Positions 1 through 7,149 of a DNA stretch of 26,177 bases are shown here, one piece after another (position 1 is the stretch's first letter; each line of letters starts with the position of its first letter). Below the pieces are notes generated by a model, which saw nothing but the letters and a program-made list of their open reading frames with translations, had not been told where the DNA came from and did no database searches. The translations under genes and the position numbers were made by a program. The DNA is from a virus (taxonomy: Duplodnaviria; Caudoviricetes). The DNA lies in IMG/VR virus record IMGVR_UViG_3300032227_000091, positions 1 through 26,177 of that record, one strand, 5' to 3'.

Positions 1-132
1 AATACACAATTAGAGATGTACGAAGCTGTATTGAAAGCGTACGATGGCGACGAAGCCAGAGTGCTTGAAAATGCTCGTTTATTATGGATTCTTAGAGAGG
101 AGAAGCAAGTATGGCAGCCGCCAGTAAAATGA
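1..132 (+). CDS. 5'-3' exonuclease (T7 gp6-like), C-terminal fragment; 5' end lies outside the window
   Basis: Frame 1 is open from base 1: NTQLEMYEAVLKAYDGDEARVLENARLLWILREEKQVWQPPVK*. ENARLLW..R...WQPP resembles phage flap exonuclease C-termini. The stop overlaps the next start (ATGA, 129-132). Not in the ORF track. Confidence 0.7.
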   Translation, partial: NTQLEMYEAVLKAYDGDEARVLENARLLWILREEKQVWQPPVK

Positions 133-539
133 AGTTACAAGATTGTCCGGTGATTAAGATCACTTGGATTGATGCTCAAGCCGATGCAGGTTGGGATGAG
201 CCTAAAGTAGATATTGCACAATGCGTTACTGTTGGATTTCTTGTCGGAGAAACTGACGATGCAATCTGTGTCGCAGGAACTGTATCGGATCATGAATGCA
301 ATAATCGTATCAGCATTCCTAAGTCGTGGATATTGACGCAACAGTTAGAGGAAACAAAGAATGAAACCGCAGTCAGCAAAAGCAAAGGGAAGAAACCTGC
401 AAAAGTGGGTAGTAGAACAGTTGCAAAGAAGGTTCCCGCAACTACGCCAAGGAGACCTCGTAAGCACGTCAATGGGAGCCGGAGGGGAAGATGTCAAGCT
501 AAGTCCAGCGGCAAGAGACGCAATACCGTATCAGTTTGA
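129..539 (+). CDS. Hypothetical phage protein (ITWxDA...GW type); C-terminal tail overlaps the next gene
   Basis: Start is more likely ATG129 (ATGA coupling; GAGGAG upstream) than 111. About 75 aa look globular, followed by a basic low-complexity tail read over the next ORF. Confidence 0.65.
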   Translation: MKLQDCPVIKITWIDAQADAGWDEPKVDIAQCVTVGFLVGETDDAICVAGTVSDHECNNRISIPKSWILTQQLEETKNETAVSKSKGKKPAKVGSRTVAKKVPATTPRRPRKHVNGSRRGRCQAKSSGKRRNTVSV

Positions 540-696
540 ATGTAAAAGCCTTGCTAAAGTAGCGGTTTACAATTATTATGAACAAGCAAAGACACACGGC
601 AACCATGAACCAGTTGCTGTTGTTAAGCAAAACGGTAAGAAGCCTTTAGTTGTTGTTGATGCAGAAGTATTCTTTGATTTAATAGCGAGGAGTTAA
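361..696 (+). CDS. Putative Holliday junction resolvase / PD-(D/E)xK nuclease (T5 D14-like)
   Basis: SAKAKGR..Q, SMGAGGEDV, FECK and P.VV motifs; GAGG RBS upstream; replication-module context. Confidence 0.75.
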   Translation: MKPQSAKAKGRNLQKWVVEQLQRRFPQLRQGDLVSTSMGAGGEDVKLSPAARDAIPYQFECKSLAKVAVYNYYEQAKTHGNHEPVAVVKQNGKKPLVVVDAEVFFDLIARS

Positions 697-705
697 TAAA
701 AGTAT
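687..705 (+). repeat. Imperfect 19-bp direct repeat, copy 1 (GAGGAGTTAATAAAAGTAT)
   Basis: 17/19 identical to 1525-1543; the two copies flank the PAPS-reductase-like gene. Confidence 0.75.
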
Positions 706-1522
706 GAATTATAAAACACTGATAGTACCAGTAAGCGGTGGTAAAGACTCTCAACTATGTCTTGCTATTGCTTTAGAAACACACCCAAAAGAAATGATTA
801 GAGCTGTGCATCAAAGCACTGGTTACGATCATCCTTTAACATATCAACATCTTGAATGGATGGAAACTTTCTATGGCATTAAAATAGAATACACACAATC
901 TGATAAATATAAAGATGTTTTTGATTTAATTGAAAAACAGAAGTATTTTCCAAATAATTTAGCAAGGTCATGCACTGGAGAGCTTAAACAAGTTCCATTC
1001 GGTAAATGGCTTGCAGCTAATAATTTATTAGACGAGAACTCTTGTTTAATATGGATGGGAATGAGGGCAAACGAAAGCAATGCCAGAGCTAGTAAATATG
1101 GCGATTTAAATGGTAGTGATGTATTTGCTTTATCTGACTTATCCGGTAAATATGGCAAGAAATTTAAGAATGTTAAAGTATCTTTGCCGATTGTTTCTTT
1201 TACTGAAGAACAAGTATTTGAAGAATTAAAAAAGCGTGGACATAAAGTTAATGAATTATATGGGAAAGGTGCAGCACGAGTAGGATGCTATCCTTGTTTA
1301 TTAGCTAAAAAAGCCGATTGGGAAATGGCAGCAAAAGACCCAGTAGGTCGTCAACATATTGAGAAATTAGTTGAATTAGAAGATAGCTTTTTGGCAGATA
1401 AGACGAATACTAATAAATTGATTAAAATACATCAAACACGAGATATTCGGAATTTGTTAAAAACTGGTTCATTCTCAGATAAAGTTGATGACAGTTCAAC
1501 CTGTGGCTGGTGTTCTATTTAA
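704..1522 (+). CDS. PAPS reductase family (PP-loop) protein
   Basis: VSGGKDS PP-loop, TGYDHPLTY, RSCTGELK, GMRANES..R, RVGCYPC and C-terminal CGWC. Visibly more AT-rich than its neighbours. Confidence 0.88.
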   Translation: MNYKTLIVPVSGGKDSQLCLAIALETHPKEMIRAVHQSTGYDHPLTYQHLEWMETFYGIKIEYTQSDKYKDVFDLIEKQKYFPNNLARSCTGELKQVPFGKWLAANNLLDENSCLIWMGMRANESNARASKYGDLNGSDVFALSDLSGKYGKKFKNVKVSLPIVSFTEEQVFEELKKRGHKVNELYGKGAARVGCYPCLLAKKADWEMAAKDPVGRQHIEKLVELEDSFLADKTNTNKLIKIHQTRDIRNLLKTGSFSDKVDDSSTCGWCSI

Positions 1523-1524
1523 CG

Positions 1525-1543
1525 GAGGAGTAAATGAAAGTAT
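1525..1543 (+). repeat. Imperfect 19-bp direct repeat, copy 2 (GAGGAGTAAATGAAAGTAT)
   Basis: Comprises the RBS and first codons of the gene at 1534; 17/19 match to 687-705. Confidence 0.75.
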
Positions 1544-1731
1544 TAGAGATGAAAGAGCGTGAAGATGGTGGCGCTGAACTTCAGGTCGATATGACTGAAC
1601 AAGAGCGTTGCTTCTTTATCGAGTTTGGTTTTAATCAGATGTTAAAGCAATCATTAGGTATGTTTAACGAGCAGTTTGAACCCAAGAAAGGAACTAAGAA
1701 TGTTAAGTCTACAAGTAAGTCTAAGCGATAA
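1534..1731 (+). CDS. Hypothetical protein (65 aa)
   Basis: Strong GGAGGAG RBS directly upstream of ATG. Confidence 0.75.
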   Translation: MKVLEMKEREDGGAELQVDMTEQERCFFIEFGFNQMLKQSLGMFNEQFEPKKGTKNVKSTSKSKR

Positions 1732-1993
1732 TTCAGACAATGTAAGCCGTACAATCGAGTTTGATGAGGATCACACATGGTTGGATATTATCCTAGCCTG
1801 TGCGGATGTTATTTCAGCAAAGTACGGATACGATATTACTCAAAAGATGAAGTTCATTAGCGACTCAGCTAATTGGTCTGATCGTGGATATGAACACGCT
1901 ATTCCTACAGCAGCATGGGAAGCATTTCTAGGAAAGAACAGTGAAGTTCAAGAAGAGTTTGACTTCAATAAAATGGATGAGGAATGGTCATGA
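1700..1993 (+). CDS. Hypothetical acidic protein (97 aa)
   Basis: ATG1700 is preceded by AAGGA and is preferred over TTG1676. The stop overlaps the next ATG. Confidence 0.7.
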   Translation: MLSLQVSLSDNSDNVSRTIEFDEDHTWLDIILACADVISAKYGYDITQKMKFISDSANWSDRGYEHAIPTAAWEAFLGKNSEVQEEFDFNKMDEEWS

Positions 1994-2106
1994 TTAATAT
2001 TAAAGAATGGAAAGTAATTGGCGACAAAGATAACTTTACTGTTCTCGGAATAGATGATCAAAATAATATCTACTTCTGGAAAGAACAGAAATGGAATCTC
2101 CTATGA
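1990..2106 (+). CDS. Small hypothetical protein (38 aa, MINIKEWKVIGDKDNFTVLGIDDQNNIYFWKEQKWNLL)
   Basis: ATGA overlaps at both ends (1990-1993 and 2103-2106) and GAGGA RBS; fills the gap exactly. Not in the ORF track. Confidence 0.72.
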   Translation: MINIKEWKVIGDKDNFTVLGIDDQNNIYFWKEQKWNLL

Positions 2107-2840
2107 AAATCCTATTGCTTGATATTGAGTCTAGTCCTAACACAGCCCATGTTTGGGGTCTGTGGCAGCAAAACGTCAGCATCAATCAGTTAATGGAATC
2201 TTCTTATGTCTTGTGCTATGCGGCAAAGTGGTTAGGCGATAAAGAGGTTGTATTTGATTCTGTTCATCAATCTAAACCTAAAACAATGTTAAAAGGCATT
2301 CATGGTCTTCTCAACGATGCAGACGCTGTGGTTCATTACAATGGTACTAAGTTTGACATTCCTACTCTTAACAAGGAATTCTTATTACATAGTTTTAATC
2401 CACCATCGCCTTATAAACAAATTGACCTATTGCGTGTTGTTCGTAGCAACTTTAGGTTTCCTAGTAACAAGCTGGATTATGTAGCACAGCGACTCAACCT
2501 TGGTAAGAAACACGAACACGAAGGACACGAACTTTGGGTTAAGTGCATGAACGGAGATAAAGATGCTTGGAAGCGGATGGAGCAATATAATATACAAGAT
2601 GTCGTTTTACTTGAGTCGTTGTATAACTCTTTGCGTCCTTGGATTCGGAATCACCCTAATTACAATCTGTTTGCTGACGATCATGTTTGCCCTAATTGTG
2701 GTTCGACTCGCTTGCAGAAACGAGGCACTTCGATCTCTAGTACCGGAACCTATCAACGCTATCAGTGTTCTTCTTGTGGAACTTGGTCGCAATCTACAAA
2801 ATCAATCAAATCGTCCGTAGAGGTAAAGCAATGCAATTAA
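2103..2840 (+). CDS. RNase H-like / DnaQ-type 3'-5' exonuclease (YprB-like) with C-terminal zinc ribbon
   Basis: LLDIE (ExoI), HYNGTKFD (ExoII), YNIQDV (ExoII/III-like acidic motif), CPNC...CSSC zinc ribbon. Start at ATG2103 by ATGA coupling. Confidence 0.85.
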   Translation: MKILLLDIESSPNTAHVWGLWQQNVSINQLMESSYVLCYAAKWLGDKEVVFDSVHQSKPKTMLKGIHGLLNDADAVVHYNGTKFDIPTLNKEFLLHSFNPPSPYKQIDLLRVVRSNFRFPSNKLDYVAQRLNLGKKHEHEGHELWVKCMNGDKDAWKRMEQYNIQDVVLLESLYNSLRPWIRNHPNYNLFADDHVCPNCGSTRLQKRGTSISSTGTYQRYQCSSCGTWSQSTKSIKSSVEVKQCN

Positions 2841-3097
2841 AAGACTATATAGACCGCATAAACGAGTCCGTAAGCCCCGATCATAAACAGGTTGGGGGAG
2901 ACCATTACCAAGTCGCTGAAATCCAGCCTTGGGACATTTTCATGGCTTACAAGCTAGATCCTTGGACAGCCAATGTCATTAAGTACTCACTTCGGTTCCC
3001 ATATAAGAATGGTGTGCAGGACCTTGAAAAGGCTAAGCATTACATAGAATTTCTCATTGCGAACTACGAAACTATTGACAAAAACTACTATTCATGA
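2831..3097 (+). CDS. DUF3310 / SaV-like protein (T7 gp1.7 nucleotide kinase-like family)
   Basis: QVGGDHY, IQPWD, NVIKY..R..YKNG..DLEKAKHY. Start ATG2831 with GAGGT RBS. Confidence 0.85.
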   Translation: MQLKDYIDRINESVSPDHKQVGGDHYQVAEIQPWDIFMAYKLDPWTANVIKYSLRFPYKNGVQDLEKAKHYIEFLIANYETIDKNYYS

Positions 3098-4110
3098 TAC
3101 ACTTAAACAAGAATCGTAGGATTAACTTCTACGGAATTCGAGACCAAGAAGCCGCCAATCCAGCTTATCAACAGGGGATGGAGTTGATTAAGCAAGGCGA
3201 TTGGGAATATGGTTTCTATCTGCACGAACTTCGTTCTTTACCGAATTTGAGATTCCCACAAGGGGTCAAAACTGAGTTCGATAAATCTCCTGTTTGGATT
3301 CCCGGCATGGAGTGTAAAGGCAAGAATGCTATCGTGTGGAGCGAAGCAGGATGGGGCGACATTATGCAGTTTAGTCGCTTTATTCCGCTACTTCCTAAAG
3401 CAGGTATTAAACAGGTAAAGTTGTTATTTCCTGACAATGTACTTCGCTTACTTAAAAGACTTCCAAATCACAACGGTTTTTACCGTCCGGGGGAGTCTTT
3501 CCCCAATGCAGTACGCATTAAAGTAATGTCATTGCCGTATTTCTTAATGGAACACAGGGTTATTCCTGCAGTTCCTGTCGAGAAAATGTATGGCAGTGAA
3601 GGTATATTTCGTAATCCAGATATTGTCAAGCCTATAAGAAAGAAACCATTATTAGGTTACTGTTATCAGACTACAAACAATAGTTGGAATATGAATGGAA
3701 AGAAAATACCTTTAGAGATTATGTCAAGATTTATTCGAGAGCATCCTGAATTTGATTGGGTATCGTTACAGGAGAAAGAAGGATTCTTAACTTCTCCGTA
3801 TTGGAGCGATACCGCAGATCAATTACAAACTCTTGATGGCGTAATCTCTGTCGATTCTGGAATAGCGCACTGTGCTGGATCAGTGGGAGTTCCTGTAGTA
3901 AACTTAATTGGTAAAGACAAACTAGCTTGCTGGAGATGGTATCCTAAAGGTGAAAACACCTACTGGTATGATAGTATGAAGACCGTTTGGTTTGATACAT
4001 GGGAGGAAGGTTTAAACAAAGCAATACAGTATTTTCAACAACCAAAGAAGGTAAAGAAAGATGGCACTAACAATACACGATCTAAAAGACAGACTAAAGC
4101 AGATAAATGA
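3094..4110 (+). CDS. GT-B fold glycosyltransferase (GT9 / heptosyltransferase-like, TPR-associated subfamily without TPRs)
   Basis: WSEAGWGDIMQFSRFIP (EQGxGDxxQFxR-like), MSLP, VSLQ, LDGVISVDSGIAHCAGSVGVP and WRW...WY motifs. Confidence 0.8.
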   Translation: MIHLNKNRRINFYGIRDQEAANPAYQQGMELIKQGDWEYGFYLHELRSLPNLRFPQGVKTEFDKSPVWIPGMECKGKNAIVWSEAGWGDIMQFSRFIPLLPKAGIKQVKLLFPDNVLRLLKRLPNHNGFYRPGESFPNAVRIKVMSLPYFLMEHRVIPAVPVEKMYGSEGIFRNPDIVKPIRKKPLLGYCYQTTNNSWNMNGKKIPLEIMSRFIREHPEFDWVSLQEKEGFLTSPYWSDTADQLQTLDGVISVDSGIAHCAGSVGVPVVNLIGKDKLACWRWYPKGENTYWYDSMKTVWFDTWEEGLNKAIQYFQQPKKVKKDGTNNTRSKRQTKADK

Positions 4111-4216
4111 AGTTGACTTGTTAGAGCTTCTTGATATATCATCTGAGGATCTCGTTGAGAGATTTGTAGATTTAATTGAAGACAATTTTGATAAACTAGA
4201 AAGAGAAGTCGAATGA
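4061..4216 (+). CDS. Small acidic helical hypothetical protein (51 aa, MALTIHDLKDRLKQINEVDLLELLDISSEDLVERF...)
   Basis: AAGGT RBS, open frame, ATGA overlap with the RNR start. Not in the ORF track. Confidence 0.78.
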   Translation: MALTIHDLKDRLKQINEVDLLELLDISSEDLVERFVDLIEDNFDKLEREVE

Positions 4217-6117
4217 CATATAACACACCCTTTAGCACTGTAGGATACATTACATATAAACGCACATACGCAAGGAGATTAAACGAAGGAGATCCAAAGT
4301 CTCCGACAGAAGAATTTACAGATACAGTTGAAAGGGTTATTAAAGCCTCTAACGATCAGTTAGGCTGTAACTTTGACGCAGATGAGCAAGAGCGTCTACG
4401 GAAGTATTTAATGGAATTGAAAGGCACTGTTGCTGGACGATTCTTATGGCAAATGGGGACAGAGACAGTTGGTCGTCTAGGATTAGCAAGTCTACAGAAC
4501 TGTGCATTTACTGTCATCGATCAACCCGTCCGTCCTTTCACATGGGCGATGGACTTGCTGATGCTTGGCTCAGGTGTTGGCTATAACATTCAGAGGCAAC
4601 ACGTTGATAAACTTCCTCCGGTCAATTCTAACTTTAGCGCTCCTACTCGTGTTACTACCGCTGATGCTGATTTTATTGTGCCTGACTCCCGTGAAGGCTG
4701 GGTCAAACTTCTCGGCAAGACGCTCAAAGCGGCGTTTCTAGCAGATACCAATCCTACCTTTACCTACAGCACTATTCTAGTGCGTGGTCGTGGTGCGGCG
4801 ATTAAAGGCTTTGGTGGTACTGCTTCTGGTCCTGAAGACTTATGTGATGGTATCGTTAAGATTAGTAACATCCTTGAGAAGCGTAAAGGTAAGAAGTTGC
4901 GTCCGATTGACTGCCTTGACATCATGAACATTATCGGTGCTATTGTCGTAGCTGGCAATGTACGCCGTTCTGCTCAGATTGCCATCGGTGATCCTGACGA
5001 TGTTGAGTACCTGCTTGCTAAGCGTTGGGATATGGGAAATATTCCATCATGGAGAGCAATGTCGAATAACAGCGTTGTCTGTAACGACATCAAAGACCTG
5101 CATGAGTACTTCTGGGATGGCTATGAGGGCAAAGGAGAGCCTTATGGACTTATCAATCTAAAACTCTCTCGCAAGATTGGTCGTTTAGGTGAGACTGATT
5201 ATCCTGATCCAGATGTCATGGGATACAATCCTTGTGCAGAACAGTCTTTAGCTGCTTATGAGACTTGCTGCTTAGCAGAAGTGTATCTGCCTAACATCGA
5301 TAGCAAAGAACAGTTATTAGATGTTTGCCAATTGCTGTACCGCATTAACAAGCATAGCCTTGCACTGCCTTGCCATCTCAAAGAGACAGAAGACATTGTT
5401 CACAAGAATATGCGGATGGGTATTGGTGTAACAGGTGTGTTGCAAGCTACTGAAGAGCAGCGTAGCTGGTTAAATGATACCTATCGCCGTCTTCGTGAGT
5501 TTGACTTCAAGTACAGTCATGAGCATGGCTTTCCTGAGTCTGTCAAGTTGACAACAGTTAAACCTAGCGGTACTTTGTCGTTGCTTCCGGGAGTTACTTC
5601 AGGATGCCATCCAGCATACTCACAATATATGATTCGTCGTATTCGTATCGCTGCAGATCATGCGTTGGTGCAGGTATGTCGTGAGCATGGCTATCCGGTA
5701 GAGTATCAGCGTCACTTCGATGGTTCTGAGGATCACAGCACAATGGTTGTATCATTCCCATTCTGTTATCCTGAAGGTACTAAGATTGCTGCTGAGATGA
5801 CCGCTATCGATCAATTGGAAGTAGTGAAGTGGCTACAGGCTAACTGGTCAGACAATAGCGTATCCTGCACCGTGTACTATCGTAAGGAAGAATTGCCTGA
5901 GATTCAGAAGTATTTAGCGAAGAACTACAAGAACAATCACAAGTCCTTGTCATTCTTGCTACACAATGAACACGGCTTTCACCAAGCGCCTTTGGAGGAG
6001 ATTACTAAAGAAGCGTATGATGCTTTGGTAGCTTCGACACAACTGATTACTCATGTTGATGAAGCGTTGTTTGATGGCGGCGACGAGTGTGCCAGCGGAG
6101 CTTGTCCAGTCAAATGA
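4213..6117 (+). CDS. nrdJ: Class II adenosylcobalamin-dependent ribonucleotide reductase (monomeric RTPR type)
   Basis: YKRTYAR, NCAF, DSREGW, GNVRRSAQI, NPCAE (thiyl radical Cys), TTVKPSGT and C-terminal CxxGACP. No beta-subunit gene follows. Confidence 0.93.
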   Translation: MTYNTPFSTVGYITYKRTYARRLNEGDPKSPTEEFTDTVERVIKASNDQLGCNFDADEQERLRKYLMELKGTVAGRFLWQMGTETVGRLGLASLQNCAFTVIDQPVRPFTWAMDLLMLGSGVGYNIQRQHVDKLPPVNSNFSAPTRVTTADADFIVPDSREGWVKLLGKTLKAAFLADTNPTFTYSTILVRGRGAAIKGFGGTASGPEDLCDGIVKISNILEKRKGKKLRPIDCLDIMNIIGAIVVAGNVRRSAQIAIGDPDDVEYLLAKRWDMGNIPSWRAMSNNSVVCNDIKDLHEYFWDGYEGKGEPYGLINLKLSRKIGRLGETDYPDPDVMGYNPCAEQSLAAYETCCLAEVYLPNIDSKEQLLDVCQLLYRINKHSLALPCHLKETEDIVHKNMRMGIGVTGVLQATEEQRSWLNDTYRRLREFDFKYSHEHGFPESVKLTTVKPSGTLSLLPGVTSGCHPAYSQYMIRRIRIAADHALVQVCREHGYPVEYQRHFDGSEDHSTMVVSFPFCYPEGTKIAAEMTAIDQLEVVKWLQANWSDNSVSCTVYYRKEELPEIQKYLAKNYKNNHKSLSFLLHNEHGFHQAPLEEITKEAYDALVASTQLITHVDEALFDGGDECASGACPVK

Positions 6118-6248
6118 TGATAAACTTATACTTCATTACTGGGTTCAGCGTAGGATTTGAGTATGTTCCTGACTTTGATGAAGAATCCCATCTCGCTATC
6201 GATTTGGGAATCATCAGAATCATGTTCAGTAGACCCCACGACGGCTGA
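6114..6248 (+). CDS. Small hypothetical protein (44 aa, MMINLYFITGFSVGFEYVPDFDEESHLAIDLGIIRIMFSRPHDG)
   Basis: ATGA overlap with the nrdJ stop; last ORF before the terminator. Not in the ORF track. Confidence 0.65.
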   Translation: MMINLYFITGFSVGFEYVPDFDEESHLAIDLGIIRIMFSRPHDG

Positions 6249-6293
6249 GGCGGCAGGTTCACCTAATACCCAGAAAGTCATATTTACCCCTTT

Positions 6294-6319
6294 AGCCCCG
6301 CTTCGGCGGGGTTCTTTTT
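6294..6319 (+). terminator. Intrinsic terminator at the convergence of the two arms
   Basis: AGCCCCGC-TTCG-GCGGGGTT stem with a C(UUCG)G tetraloop, followed by CTTTTT on the + strand. Confidence 0.88.
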
Positions 6320-6752
6320 AACTAAAATTCCGAGTACCAGCCTTATCAATAATTAGGGCTTGTCTACGGGGCTTGTCGGAAGTACCGTTAGAAACGCTTA
6401 TATGCGTCCAAGAGCCGAATTCTTCGATGATTTGGTCAAAGGGTATATCCGAAGCCAAACACGCCTCTACGACCTGTTTAGGGGTCATTCCGGGGACTCT
6501 GATATCAGCAGCACAACCTAGTCTATGTTGGCTAGTGTCCTTGCTACCGACAGAGTCATTGACTGGTTTAGACCTAAAGCCAGAATTAATCATTATTGGC
6601 TTGTTTAGGAGGGTTCTAACCTGCTCAAGCAGAGCTGCCAATCGAGTTAGATTAGCAACCTCACTGGCATTAGGGGTATTATCTAGGTTCTTACGCTCTG
6701 CTACTTCAGAGTAGGTTAGTTCTTCTAGGGTGAAATTAGGGCTTAGGTTCAT
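6318..6752 (-). CDS. Endolysin, peptidase M15A family zinc peptidase
   Basis: LSPNFTLEEL, INSGFRS, SQHRLGCAAD (H-x6-D) and WTHIS zinc ligands; adjacent to the holin. Confidence 0.9.
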   Translation of the reverse strand: MNLSPNFTLEELTYSEVAERKNLDNTPNASEVANLTRLAALLEQVRTLLNKPIMINSGFRSKPVNDSVGSKDTSQHRLGCAADIRVPGMTPKQVVEACLASDIPFDQIIEEFGSWTHISVSNGTSDKPRRQALIIDKAGTRNFS

Positions 6753-7149
6753 CTTTACCTTTCTTCATATCCATTATCTTCTCCAGCGTACGTCCGCCGA
6801 AATAGAAGGACATAATCAACATTCCCCATTGACCTAATAGTTCAACATAGTTGTTGTTGACTTCAATATCCCATGCGGACATCGTAGCAAAGGCAGAATA
6901 GACAAGAAGAATAAAGACTAGCGTCATAGGTCGTATGTTCTTCGACAACCAGCTATCACTAGCCATGTCTGCTTCTTGACGCTTTGTAAGTTCTTGTGCC
7001 TCGATATTGTCAGCGTTTAACTCAGCTAACTTACCTTCTTGTTGCATCTGTAGCAACTCTTTCTGCGCCTTAGCCTTAGCTTCTGGATCAGGAATGAATT
7101 TATCTAGGACTTTCATCCCAACATCGAATAGTGCCATTAATGGTAACAT
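6736..7149 (-). CDS. Holin (GTA 3TM holin family)
   Basis: LDKFIPDP, DMASDSWLSKNIRP, two hydrophobic segments and FYFGGRTLEK. Confidence 0.85.
   Translation of the reverse strand: MLPLMALFDVGMKVLDKFIPDPEAKAKAQKELLQMQQEGKLAELNADNIEAQELTKRQEADMASDSWLSKNIRPMTLVFILLVYSAFATMSAWDIEVNNNYVELLGQWGMLIMSFYFGGRTLEKIMDMKKGKDEPKP

Noticed and set aside
704-1522. Calling the gene cysH or a complete Dnd/Ssp phosphorothioation system
   Set aside because: It lacks the CysH C-terminal ECGLH motif, and no dnd/ssp partners or cysteine desulfurase are in the window.
4110-4213. Cobalamin riboswitch upstream of nrdJ
   Set aside because: The region is fully occupied by a coupled 51-aa ORF and shows no B12-box-like sequence.
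135-5161. Short alternative-frame or antisense ORFs (135-341, 290-472, 871-1158, 2302-2484, 2563-2820, 2607-2792, 3216-3437, 4035-4265, 4764-4958, 4958-5161)
   Set aside because: Nested in motif-supported genes, with no RBS or recognisable motifs.
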